The notes under the pieces: generated by a model
What the model saw: only the letters and a program-made list of their open reading frames with translations
Database searches by the model: none
Told to the model about the DNA's origin: nothing
Part shown: piece after piece, positions 28,893 to 39,000 of the stretch
Position numbering within the stretch: the first letter of the stretch is position 1
How the letters are laid out: each line of letters begins with the position of its first letter
Assembly (NCBI GenBank): GCA_947647555.1
Contig: CANSKT010000004.1
Coordinates: forward strand, 1-60,257
Direction of reading: 5' to 3'
DNA from: an uncultured Peptococcaceae bacterium
GTDB taxonomy: Bacteria; Bacillota; Dehalobacteriia; UBA4068; UBA4997
DNA: 60,257 nt
Position numbers and translations under genes: made by a program

Positions 28893-29126
28893 AGTGCCGT
28901 AATTTAGATTAAAAACTTTGCAAACTTATATTGTAATACCAAAGCAGGGTTAAAATATTTGTAAAAGCTATTGAAATATCCAGATTTTTGTAGTAGTATT
29001 GTTATATATAAGTTAAAATACATTTTACTTTTTATAAGCTGCGTCAAGCATACTGGTCTGGCTGCTGATTAAGAGTAAAACCGGCGCTTTTACAGTATTT
29101 TTCTTTTTTAGGGGAGGGCAATTCTG

Positions 29127-29417
29127 ATGTTGGCAGATTTAATTCGTGAGTTCTGTAATGAACCTGAAAACAATTATGAGGTATATGAAAATTATTCAGT
29201 ACCTGTGGAGTTTGGCGAGAAGATTACCACTCTGGGGATAATCGTACCACAAGACGCTTCTTGTGTGGATATACTGGTACAGTTAACCAGCTATCTGGAG
29301 GCCAAGGGTTTTGACGACAAATTGCTGGAGTTAGATGGTGCCGATATGGCTGAGTTTGGCTCAGATGCAATCGTGTTCTTTCCGGCTATACAGGACTATA
29401 AGCCCTTGCAGGCGTAG
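29127..29417 (+). CDS. Hypothetical acidic small protein (96 aa)
   Basis: SD ggggaggg lies 8 nt before the ATG. I recognise no domain. Confidence 0.5.
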   Translation: MLADLIREFCNEPENNYEVYENYSVPVEFGEKITTLGIIVPQDASCVDILVQLTSYLEAKGFDDKLLELDGADMAEFGSDAIVFFPAIQDYKPLQA

Positions 29418-29670
29418 GGGATAATTTAATAAGCCCACTGGCACAGGAGAGTGCGATTTTTTTCGTATTCTGTTCCGGTGGGTTTTTCATTATGCCGTGC
29501 CGTTTTTGATTTTTTCGTAAGATATCGCTATAATTCTTCAGTTGGCATTCATACTCAGTTGAGTGCTTAGTTGGCGAATAACTAATGTAATTTTTAATCG
29601 AAGCGAACAAAAGCAGCCATGAAATGAGTATTTTATTCTGATTGTTTTTGCAGGGAGAGGTGATGAAAAC

Positions 29671-29925
29671 ATGACATTTAAAGTCCTGAAACGTGAACAC
29701 CCGGGGAGGGTCTGCATCTGCCGCCCACATTTGCGCGACGCCGGCAGCGGCCGGGTTGTATCCTGGATATGCTTACGGACGTTTGACCGGATTGACACCG
29801 CAAGAGCGTTTTTGGAACACTTGGAACTGGACGACGCAGTTCTTGTTTCCACAACTAATCGAATTACCATTGAGGGAGATATGGCGGCCAGGTATTCCAT
29901 GGTTTACCTTGGTATGGAGCAGTGA
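29671..29925 (+). CDS. Hypothetical small protein (84 aa)
   Basis: SD ggagaggtg lies 8 nt before ATG 29671. An overlapping 93-aa ORF in another frame lacks an SD. Confidence 0.4.
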   Translation: MTFKVLKREHPGRVCICRPHLRDAGSGRVVSWICLRTFDRIDTARAFLEHLELDDAVLVSTTNRITIEGDMAARYSMVYLGMEQ

Positions 29926-29964
29926 GCTGGCGGAGTATGCCGGTAGAAAAGGAGGTAAGAGTTT

Positions 29965-30750
29965 GTGGCGCTGATACGGACTTGTCAAAAATGTGAAGTA
30001 TTTCTATCAAAATTCAAAGAAGAAATCTGCTGTAATCCATACACAGATGTTACTCCATACACGCAAATGCTTGCGGCTGAATTTAGAAAATGGCATAAAG
30101 CGCGTGAAAAAGAGATTATTAACACCTTGTTTTTAAATTTGTATGCTCAGGACGTTCGGTCGCTCAGGAGAGATTTATGTCAGCTGGAGCCGCAGAAAGT
30201 TTTAGATAAAATTAAAGCGGCCGATAAGGCCAAAGCCCGGTTTCCGCAACGTGCACTCCTGCTTGGCCGCCTTTATGGGACGTTATCTTTATATTTGGGC
30301 GAGGATTTATCCTGGCTGATTGATTTGTGTGAACGAGCCAATGAAATTGAAAATATAGCGTATGAAATTGTTCAGGAAAAATATGAAATTGACTGGAAAA
30401 AATATAAGATTGAATTTATTCTGTCAGATTTCAAAGAAGCAGTCTGCGCTAAATCAGACGTTGATTTTAATATATACACCGATATGCTGGTGTATGAGTA
30501 TGACATGCTGGAAACAGTGTGTGAAAAAAGGATTTTTAAAATATTGTTTCTAAACCTGTATGCGCAGGACGCGCAGTCACTTAAGATAGCTATAACTAAA
30601 CTTAATATGTTTGGCGAGGCAGGAGTTGTGCCATCTAAACGCATTGAACTGCTTTCAGACCTTTATGGGGCATTATCTTCTTATATTGGCGAGGATTTTT
30701 CCTCGCTTATGGCAATGTGTGACAAGGTTGAGCCATTTTACTGTGGATAG
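29965..30750 (+). CDS. Hypothetical protein with two internal homologous halves
   Basis: SD aaggagg lies 9 nt before GTG 29965. The two halves share LFLNLYAQD..SL...(L)LYG.LS.Y.GEDxS.L...C. Confidence 0.6.
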   Translation: MALIRTCQKCEVFLSKFKEEICCNPYTDVTPYTQMLAAEFRKWHKAREKEIINTLFLNLYAQDVRSLRRDLCQLEPQKVLDKIKAADKAKARFPQRALLLGRLYGTLSLYLGEDLSWLIDLCERANEIENIAYEIVQEKYEIDWKKYKIEFILSDFKEAVCAKSDVDFNIYTDMLVYEYDMLETVCEKRIFKILFLNLYAQDAQSLKIAITKLNMFGEAGVVPSKRIELLSDLYGALSSYIGEDFSSLMAMCDKVEPFYCG

Positions 30751-30848
30751 TGTTGCTTCTGCATTGCCCAAAAATATTGTAAAAAAACAAAAGAACCGCT
30801 ATTCATTCCAACCAGGAAATGACTAACGGTTCTTTCATTGTTCATGAT

Positions 30849-31010
30849 TTACCATTTATTCCAATGAACTTTGTTTTCAACAGTAAACTTCCGCGAAAGG
30901 TCAATTAACTTCTGTTGCTCCTCCGCCGAAAACATAGCCATCGCGGTATCCTCCGCCCAAGTGATGTGGCGGACTATCTTTTCACAATATGCCCTGCCCG
31001 CCTCGGCCAT
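30849..31010 (-). pseudogene. C-terminal remnant of a MarR-type regulator
   Basis: The minus strand translates to MAEAGRAYCEKIVRHITWAEDTAMAMFSAEEQQKLIDLSRKFTVENKVHWNKW. This resembles only the last third of MarR proteins, and no wHTH part lies upstream. Confidence 0.35.
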
Positions 31011-31139
31011 TTGCACCAGCTTCTAAAAAAACGAGCATAACGCTTTTTTGTTTTACCAAATTGCTTTGTTAGCTGGTAAAGATATGCTATAATGAAAAAA
31101 ACGGTTCTCTGAACCATTAAAGCGAGGAGGATTAATTTA

Positions 31140-33137
31140 ATGAAAAGAAAATTTTTATGCTTGTTAACCGTCCTTTTGTTAGCCGGTTTACTGGCTGGTT
31201 GCGCCAATAATTCCGGCCAAAATGCGGGCCAGCCGCGTCCGCAGGATGATTTTTATGAAGCCGTTAACTATGAAGTGATGGCCAACTGGGAAATTCCAGC
31301 TAACCGGGCCAGTATGACCTATTTTGTGCAAAATGTAGAAACTATTTATAACAAAATTAATGCAGAAATTAAGGCTGCGGCCGCCGAGATGCCAAACCTG
31401 ACGCCAGGCAGCGATGAATGGAATGTGGCCGCCTTTTATCTGACCGGCCTGGATAAGCAACAGCGCGATAACGGCGGCTTTGGAGAAATTGCCGGTCAGT
31501 TTTTAGCGGAAGTTGACCAAGCTGCAAGCGTGCCGGAGCTGTTGGAAACAACGCTGCGTTTTGGCAGGAATTACAATTTAACCTATTTGGGCTCTTTCAT
31601 TTACGAACCCGATTTTATGGACTCCAAACGAAAAATCTTATGCCTGAACAAACCGGATATTGGTCTGGAAAAAGAAACCTGGCTGGCCGAGGACACGGAC
31701 AACCAGGAAATTGTTGCTGCCTATTGCGATATGTTAAAAAAACTTTGGGTTCAGGCCGGCAACCCGGAGAGCACTGCCGAGCAAACCGTGGCCCAGGTAA
31801 CGGAGATGATGAAAGATATTGCCCAGGACTCTCTGAGCAACTCAGATTCATTTAACCCTCAAAAAATATATAACCCCTACCCCATAAACGAACTGCCTGA
31901 TTTTCTGTTTAACGGCCTGCTGACAGAGCAGCAAATTATCGAGATCTGCGGCACCTCAGCTGAGGAAAATCTGAATATTATTGATGTGGGAGCCCAGAAA
32001 CGCCTGGCCAACTGGCTGACAGAGGAAAATCTGCCCCTGCTGAAAGCTTATATTAAATTGACGTTTTACGCAGACACGGCAAATTTCCGCGAAATTGCCG
32101 CCCTGGAAATAAAACAGGCCTATGACGCCCAAATTTACGGCAAAGAACCGGATGATTTTGAGCGAAAAACTTCCCTATCCGTGCGGGATACTTTGAGTTT
32201 TCAATGCAGTAAGCTGTTTTGTGACAAATATTTTTCCGAAGCCGCCAAACAGGATGTGGAGGCAATGATTGAAGATATTGTGGCCGCCTATGCAAAACGC
32301 ATTGATACTTTAACCTGGATGAGTGAAAGTACCAAAGAAGCCGCCAAGCTTAAACTAGCCAACCTGACTTACAATGTGGGCTACCCCAACGAATGGCCCC
32401 AAAACAATTACTCGCTGGAGCTGCAAAGCCCTGAACAAGGCGGGCTTTACATTGACAACTACTTTAAAATACGTAACGCCCAAGCAGACTACAATTTTGC
32501 CAGCAAAGACGAACCCTTAAAGCGCGACGAATGGTTTTCCGCCCCTCATGAGGTTAACGCCTACTATCTGCCCAGCACCAATTCCATCACTATTTTGGCC
32601 GGCATTTTGCAGGAACCATTTTACAGCCCCAACGCCAGCGAGGAAGAAAAGTTGGGCGGCATCGGGATGGTTATTGCCCACGAACTGACGCACGCCTTTG
32701 ACACCGCCGGCTCGCAATATGACGAACAGGGCAACCTCCGCAACTGGTGGACAGATGAAGACTTGCAGAGTTTTCAAGCCCTGGCCGCCAAAGTGGTGGA
32801 ATACTACGACGGAATGGAGATTGACGGCTACCAGGTTAACGGAAACCTGACAGTTGGTGAAAATATTGCCGATTTAGGGGCCGTGGCCTGCATTACGCAA
32901 ATCGCCAAGGAAAATAACCTTGACCTGCAAGCGCTTTACAAAGCCTACGCCAACATTTGGGCTGGCAAAATGCGCCCGGAATTTTTGAATATCCTGGTGA
33001 CAACCGATGAACATTCCCCTTACAAAATCCGGGTGAACGCTGTGCTTTCCGCCATTGATGAATTTTATACAACCTTTAACGTCCAACCTGACGACGGTAT
33101 GTATCAAGCACCGGAAAAGCGCCCGGCAATTTGGTAA
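31140..33137 (+). CDS. pepO: M13-family (neprilysin/PepO-like) zinc metallopeptidase lipoprotein
   Basis: Lipobox LLAGLLAGC; HExxH motif VIAHELTHAFD; also GENIADLGA. Confidence 0.9.
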   Translation: MKRKFLCLLTVLLLAGLLAGCANNSGQNAGQPRPQDDFYEAVNYEVMANWEIPANRASMTYFVQNVETIYNKINAEIKAAAAEMPNLTPGSDEWNVAAFYLTGLDKQQRDNGGFGEIAGQFLAEVDQAASVPELLETTLRFGRNYNLTYLGSFIYEPDFMDSKRKILCLNKPDIGLEKETWLAEDTDNQEIVAAYCDMLKKLWVQAGNPESTAEQTVAQVTEMMKDIAQDSLSNSDSFNPQKIYNPYPINELPDFLFNGLLTEQQIIEICGTSAEENLNIIDVGAQKRLANWLTEENLPLLKAYIKLTFYADTANFREIAALEIKQAYDAQIYGKEPDDFERKTSLSVRDTLSFQCSKLFCDKYFSEAAKQDVEAMIEDIVAAYAKRIDTLTWMSESTKEAAKLKLANLTYNVGYPNEWPQNNYSLELQSPEQGGLYIDNYFKIRNAQADYNFASKDEPLKRDEWFSAPHEVNAYYLPSTNSITILAGILQEPFYSPNASEEEKLGGIGMVIAHELTHAFDTAGSQYDEQGNLRNWWTDEDLQSFQALAAKVVEYYDGMEIDGYQVNGNLTVGENIADLGAVACITQIAKENNLDLQALYKAYANIWAGKMRPEFLNILVTTDEHSPYKIRVNAVLSAIDEFYTTFNVQPDDGMYQAPEKRPAIW

Positions 33138-33195
33138 CAAATTGCAGCCTGAAGTTACATCACTGTTGAGCGTCAGCCGCCGGCAGAGCCGGCAG

Positions 33196-33338
33196 ATTTA
33201 AGCTGTTCAGCCAATTTGCCACCTCTGCCTAGCTGACGTTGCCGGCGAAACGCTGGCCGGCCAACTACGTGGCCGCCTCAGTTAAGCCCTGCAAATTGGT
33301 TGCGCTGGAGCCAATGCCGTTGCTGCTTAATATAGCAA
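33196..33338 (-). pseudogene. Remnant of a third flavodoxin paralogue (C-terminal ~45 codons with two in-frame TAG)
   Basis: The DNA aligns with the 3' ends of 15246 and 16113 (for example ctgcaaattggttgcgctggagcc). The translation is SSNGIGSSATNLQGLTEAAT*LAGQRFAGNVS*AEVANWLNSLNL. Confidence 0.7.
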
Positions 33339-33661
33339 TTCTTTTTGGTGTTATTAACAAATTCATCTTCATTGATAGCAAAGATAGCATTGTCGGTATT
33401 GGCGTTTAGTATATCCGCAAAAAATGCCGGCAATGTTAAAAACTAAATATTAGCTTTTAAGCAGAAATATAATTTAGAAATTATGTTTCTGCTTTTATAT
33501 TTAAGGTATTTACGAAAAAATTTTTGGTGAAATATTTTGGCGAATTTATCCGGAAATTTTAAGCAAGACCTTTATTAAGCTTGGGGTTATCGCGTTTGGT
33601 GAGCCGGGCGGTCATAAAATTCCTGATTGGGGAAATATGGAGAAATTGTAAAAATGACCTC

Positions 33662-33690
33662 TTGCAAAAAGATTTAATTTATGATATATT
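33662..33690 (+). promoter_or_regulatory. Sigma-A-like promoter for the LytTR two-component operon
   Basis: TTGCAA, 17 nt, then TATATT, ~35 nt before the response-regulator start. Confidence 0.35.
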
Positions 33691-33723
33691 ATTAAACAAT
33701 TTTATGGAAAGTGAGCCGTTTGT

Positions 33724-34479
33724 ATGCTGCGTATAGTAATTTGTGAGGACGATGCGAAAGACCTGGCTTATATTAAGCAGATTGTGGACGAGTATTGTGC
33801 CGCGCATGTGGAGCATAGTTTCCGGGTGGAGGGGTTTGCTAATTCATCGCAGATGTTGGACGCTTTGGAGCAGGGCGCGGTTTGGGATATTGCGCTGCTG
33901 GACATATACCTGCCGGGAATTTTGGGGACGGAGGCCGCCGGAGAGCTTAGTCAGCGTTTAAAGCAGGTGGAGATAATCTTTCTTACAAATTCGCAGGATT
34001 TTGCGGTGGAGGCTTTTGCGCTTGGGGCGGTGCATTATCTGGTTAAGCCTTTTACGGCGCAGCAGCTGGCCGGGGCGCTGGACAGGGCTTTGGCCAGCTA
34101 TACCGAGGCGGGCGGTCAGCGGTTGGTTTTGCATTTGGGAAACGGCGCGCCCTGTATTGTGCGGCTGGGCGAGATTGAATATATTGAGAGCATTGAGCGC
34201 TGCCGGGTGGTGCATACCGCCGCCGGGGAGTTGACGGAACAGCGCCAGAGCCTTTCCGCCTTGTATGAGCAGCTTTGTAAGATGTCGCCGGGGCAGTTTA
34301 TTGCGCCTTATCGGGGGTATGTGGTTAACCAGAATGAAATCCGCACGATTACCACGCAGGGGATTGTTATGCGCAGTGGGGCGGTTATTCCGCTGAAAGA
34401 GGGCGATTTTCGACGGACGAGAGAAGCTTTTTTTGCCTGGCTGTTTCCGGAAAACAAGGGTGGAGGGGGAGTTAAATGA
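33724..34479 (+). CDS. LytTR-family response regulator
   Basis: Receiver domain (IALLDIYLPG) plus LytTR domain (IEYIESIERCRVVHTAAGE...YRGYVVNQNEI). Confidence 0.85.
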   Translation: MLRIVICEDDAKDLAYIKQIVDEYCAAHVEHSFRVEGFANSSQMLDALEQGAVWDIALLDIYLPGILGTEAAGELSQRLKQVEIIFLTNSQDFAVEAFALGAVHYLVKPFTAQQLAGALDRALASYTEAGGQRLVLHLGNGAPCIVRLGEIEYIESIERCRVVHTAAGELTEQRQSLSALYEQLCKMSPGQFIAPYRGYVVNQNEIRTITTQGIVMRSGAVIPLKEGDFRRTREAFFAWLFPENKGGGGVK

Positions 34480-35756
34480 ATGCTTTCTGGTTGGAATTTG
34501 GACGATATTTCAGCTTGTTTGTCTGCCAGTCGCTGATATTTTATATAATGACGGATTGTCGCTTCTCGTGCCAGGCGACTCGCTGGGTTTGGGTGCTGCT
34601 TGCTGTGGGCAGCACGGCTATCTCAATAGCGGTTACTCTTTTTAATTCAGTTTACCGCGGCTGGTTATATGTCGGGCTTTCGGCCTTAACAATGTCAGCT
34701 TATGTTGTTTGTTTTGTGTATGTATCCAGGGGACCCTGGCAGAAAAAAATGTTTTTGTTTTCGATATATGCGACAGTTTATTATGTGGTGCAGCAAACGG
34801 CCTATGTGGTGTCGTTGATTTGGTTCCCGGACAGCCTTTGGGCGTCGTATACTTTGCGGACGATGTTTTTTTGTCTGGTGATTTTGCTGATGTTTTGGTG
34901 TTGGCGGCGGATTATGAACACGCTGGAGGCCAATATTGGCGGAAAGTGGAATATACTGGCGTTCTTTGGTCTGGCAACCAATGTGGTGGTGTATGCGGCA
35001 ACATTGTCCTGGGTTGTTCTGTTTCCTTATGATCCTGTGCCCTGGTTGGCGGTTTTGATGACAGAACTTGGGCTGTTGGCGGTGGAGTATGGCGCTTTGG
35101 TTTGGATTGTGATTTTACTGGGGAAGCAGCAAAACGCTCGCGCCGAGGAGGCGCAGCGCAAGCTGCTGGAAAGCCAACTGGCCGCGGAGAGGGCTTATGT
35201 TGAGCAGGCGCGAGCCCACCGGCATGATATGCGGCATTATATGGTGGCTATTAGCGGCTATATTGAGCAGGAAGATTTGGCCGGGGTCAGAGCGTATCTG
35301 GCGGAACATCAGGCTTTGCTGGATAATGAGCAGTTGATGGTTTATTGTGAGAACACAGTGGCCAATGCGCTACTGCGTTTGTATCAAAATCGGTGCCAGG
35401 CGGAGGGCGTGGCTTGTGAAATTAAGGCGAATATCCCGGAAAAAATAGCGTTGAGCGGTTTGGAATTGTCCACCGTTTTGGGCAATATTCTGGAAAACGC
35501 CTGGGAGGCAAACAGCCGGGCGCTTGTTCCGAAGCTGGCGTTTAGAGCCTATAACAATAACGGCCTGCTGCTGATTGAGGTGGAAAACGGCGTTTCTGGC
35601 GAGGTTAAATTCCGAGATGGACTGCCGCAGACGAATAAGAACGGCGGTGGGCTGGGTCTTAAAAATGTGGTGCAGGTGTTGGAGATGCATGGGGGCATGC
35701 TGCAATGTGCCCAGCATGGGGATATTTTCTTTACGCAGATTATTTTACCTGTTTAG
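34476..35756 (+). CDS. AgrC-like (HPK10) membrane sensor histidine kinase, GHKL ATPase
   Basis: About 6 N-terminal TM helices; H-box ARAHRHDMRHYM; ATPase motifs GNILENAWEA and GGGLGLKNV. The start overlaps the response-regulator stop. Confidence 0.8.
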   Translation: MNAFWLEFGRYFSLFVCQSLIFYIMTDCRFSCQATRWVWVLLAVGSTAISIAVTLFNSVYRGWLYVGLSALTMSAYVVCFVYVSRGPWQKKMFLFSIYATVYYVVQQTAYVVSLIWFPDSLWASYTLRTMFFCLVILLMFWCWRRIMNTLEANIGGKWNILAFFGLATNVVVYAATLSWVVLFPYDPVPWLAVLMTELGLLAVEYGALVWIVILLGKQQNARAEEAQRKLLESQLAAERAYVEQARAHRHDMRHYMVAISGYIEQEDLAGVRAYLAEHQALLDNEQLMVYCENTVANALLRLYQNRCQAEGVACEIKANIPEKIALSGLELSTVLGNILENAWEANSRALVPKLAFRAYNNNGLLLIEVENGVSGEVKFRDGLPQTNKNGGGLGLKNVVQVLEMHGGMLQCAQHGDIFFTQIILPV

Positions 35757-35883
35757 GGTATTCATACAACCAAATTGCCGATTGGCGCAAAGACAAAACA
35801 TTTCCTTTTCTTTTGTGGCATAATGAAAATAGCGGTTCTATAACCATTTTTATTGTGCTGCATAAGGGGAGGAGTGTTTTTTT

Positions 35884-35910
35884 ATGTTTGGAAGCTGGGG
35901 TTACGGCTAA
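35884..35910 (+). CDS. 8-codon SD-led mini-ORF (MFGSWGYG); possible leader peptide
   Basis: SD aaggggaggag lies 10 nt before the ATG. A hairpin with a T-run follows. Confidence 0.2.
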   Translation: MFGSWGYG

Positions 35911-35918
35911 AAAACTTT

Positions 35919-35971
35919 GGCGCTACCTGGTTATTACATGTACGTAATATGCGGGTAGGTGCCACGTTTTT
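35919..35971 (+). terminator. Hairpin plus T5 in the leader of the giant surface-protein gene
   Basis: ggcgctacc ... ggtaggtgcc (imperfect stem), followed by acgttttt. Confidence 0.4.
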
Positions 35972-35994
35972 AAAGCCAAAGGTTAAAAAAAATT

Positions 35995-36042
35995 ATTAAG
36001 GGGATATCCCCTTAATCTTTATTCCTAAAGGAATAAAGATTA
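35995..36042. promoter_or_regulatory. Two overlapping perfect palindromes upstream of the giant gene
   Basis: attaagggga-ta-tccccttaat (35995-36016) and taatctttattcct-aa-aggaataaagatta (36013-36042) share the taat. An A8 run lies 5' of the first palindrome. Confidence 0.6.
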
Positions 36043-36099
36043 ATAACCTTGTAAACATTGGAGCATTGAAGAATTTATTTTGAAAAGGAGAGTTTTTTA

Positions 36100-39000
36100 A
36101 TGTTGAAAAGTGAGAAATTTATGAAAGGAAAAAGCCCCTGGCTGCTGGCGGCGCTTTGCTTGTGTTTGGGGCTGATGTGTCTGCCTATGCTGGCGCAGGC
36201 CGATGAGGCTAATGCTGGGCAGACGCCTGATAACCCTGTTTATACCAATAATCCGGATACAGTGCCGAAGCCAGAGGAACAGCCGGCTTTGTTTGAGCTT
36301 TCACGGGCAGGCGAACACAAGCACCCGGTTTGCGGCGCAGTTTGCACGCATAGCCCCAAACATGAAGACGTTGTTTGGGAGCCATGGCCAAAAACAACTA
36401 CAAATGATGAGTGGGATAATGGTAAATATTATTATGCGGAAGACGGAAGAACATCAGTACCAATGTTTTGGACAGACGAGCATAGATTGAAAGATATGCA
36501 TTTCTGTTTGAATGGCCAACAGCTTGAGTTCAAAACTACCGGTGCTTATTTCGGCGTGGCGGAAAATACCGCTCTTAGCCTTTGCGACTGTGAAACTGAT
36601 GGGACTAATGGCAAAATTATTAATAACTTTGAGTATCGCAGTGGCGTTTTTAGTGTTGGCGGTGCGTTTACTATGTATGGCGGCGAAATCAACGGCAACG
36701 CATACGGCGTTAGTATGGCGAAAACCGCCAAATTTGAGATGTTTGGCGGCAAACTCAGCGGCAGTAGAATAAACCTTGATATGAGCTCCGGCGGTGAGTT
36801 TATTATACACCCGGGCATCGAAGTTTTTGATATTGCTCACACCGGCCTTTTGATTAGTCCGGAGTCCAAACTAACCTTTGCTGAAAATGATAATTGGACA
36901 GGAAGTAACACAAAAATTAAAATTGATTTTACCGGTTATACAAGGCCCGGAGATAACGATCCGGACACGGTAATTAAAACTGATCTTGATAAAGATTACA
37001 GTTCATTTTTTATCAGCAAAGATATCGATTATATTGTTGCCGATATAGAAGATAACGGTAAACATAGTTTGGTACTGCGTAGCAGTAACTCGCATATACA
37101 TTCAGACAATACGCAATTTACAAGAATAAGTGGAGCAAATGAAAAAACAATAAATGATTTGAGTGCTGGCGAGTATTACATTAGAATGGCGCAGCCGGGA
37201 CAAGCGTTTTCGACTAGAAGATGGACTCCAAAGAACGGAACAACGCTTTGCCTTAATGGATATGTACACAAAAATGATTCGAGTTCTGATACTGGAATCA
37301 TGATTGAAATTAACGACGGTGTAACCTTTGATTTGTATGACTGCAAATATTCTGATACAGAAGCGAACACCGGCAAAATTAGCAATACCAATGGCAGTGG
37401 TGTTGTTGTTAATACTGGCGGAACCTTTAATATGCACAGCGGTGAAATAACTACTTCAAAGGGCTATTCCGTATGGGTTAAAGGCGGCACATATAAGATG
37501 ACCGGCGGCAAAATCAGCGGTATGTCTGTGTTTATTGCCGAGGAGGGCGGCACGGTCGAATTAACCGGCGGTGAAATCAGCGGCAATACGACGTACGGCG
37601 GTCTGTTTATTCTGGGCGGAGACCTGACAATCAACGGCAATCTGAAACTGACCGGCAATAAAAAAGGCGGTATTCCAGCAGATATTTTTTATGACAGCAA
37701 AGTTATTCCAATAACGATTACTGATGAGGGTTGGACAAACAAGCCTGAAACCGAAAAAATTTATATTTATTATTCGGGTACGGTTACAGAAGGCAAACCG
37801 ATAACGATTGCCAGCAACGTCAGCGAAGAGGCTGCCAAATACTTTACCTGCCAAAGGAGCCTGCCTTATCATGTGGAACGTAGTGAAAGCGGTGAATTGC
37901 AGCTGGTGGCTGGTACTATGGCTGCTCCTCCTTTTGAGTTCCCGACCGGTAAGGACAAGCTGACACTGCCAAATCCGGACGCACCAGCAGCAGGGCAGAC
38001 CGTAACCGTGGAGGTTGAAGGCGGCGAGGAACCTTATAAATATCAATGGCTTTATAACAAAGATAATAGTAACGACGGCGGTTTTCCGATTGAAGGGGCG
38101 ACTGAAGCAAACTATGAAATTGCTTTGCCGCCGGGGACATACTATATCTTTTGTAAAATTACAGATGCAGAGGGTAAAGAGTTAACTACCCAAACGCTGA
38201 AAGTTGAAATACCGGTCAGCAATGTTCATGACGCGGCGCACTTCGGCTGGACGCATTTAGCGACAAGCAACGATTTAAGCGAATTTGCATCAGGCGGTTA
38301 TTTCGTTTTAGATGCAGATATGGCTTTTGGAGATATTACCCTTGCAGCTGATACTACAATTTGCCTGAATGGGCATAAGATTACCGATTCGGCCAGCAGT
38401 TTAATTACTGTACCGATAGGCATGAATGTTATAACATTGAATTTGTGCGATTGTTCATCACAAACGTCCTGGGAGGGCAGTTTCCCCAGAATTGATGTTA
38501 AAAATGGCATGTTCAATATGTATGGCGGCAAGATTAGCGGTCATACTATTACCGGCGATGGCGGCGGCATTGCTATTGGCGGCGCTGGCAGGTTCAATAT
38601 ATATGGCGGTGAAATCAGCGGCAATCAGGCCACCGGCAAAGGCGGCGGCATATATTGTAGTGTTAGTGGCGGTGAGAGTAATATATATGGCGGCAAGATT
38701 AGCGGCAATACTGCTGCGCAGGGCGGCGGCGTATATTACGATAATACTAGCTTGACCTCATCATCTGCAAAACTAAATTTGCATGGTGGCGAAATTTTCA
38801 ATAATCATAAAACTGATAATACTAACAATAATATTGAATTGAGTGAATCCCAACATAGCAAAATTGCTATTGGTACAGATTTTCAAACCAGCGGGAGTAA
38901 ATTTGGTATAACCACTTTCAAAAAGCCTCAGGACGGCGAACCGGTAATTTTCTCCCGTGTAGTTGATAAAGATTACAGCAAATATATTGTTAGTGACGAT

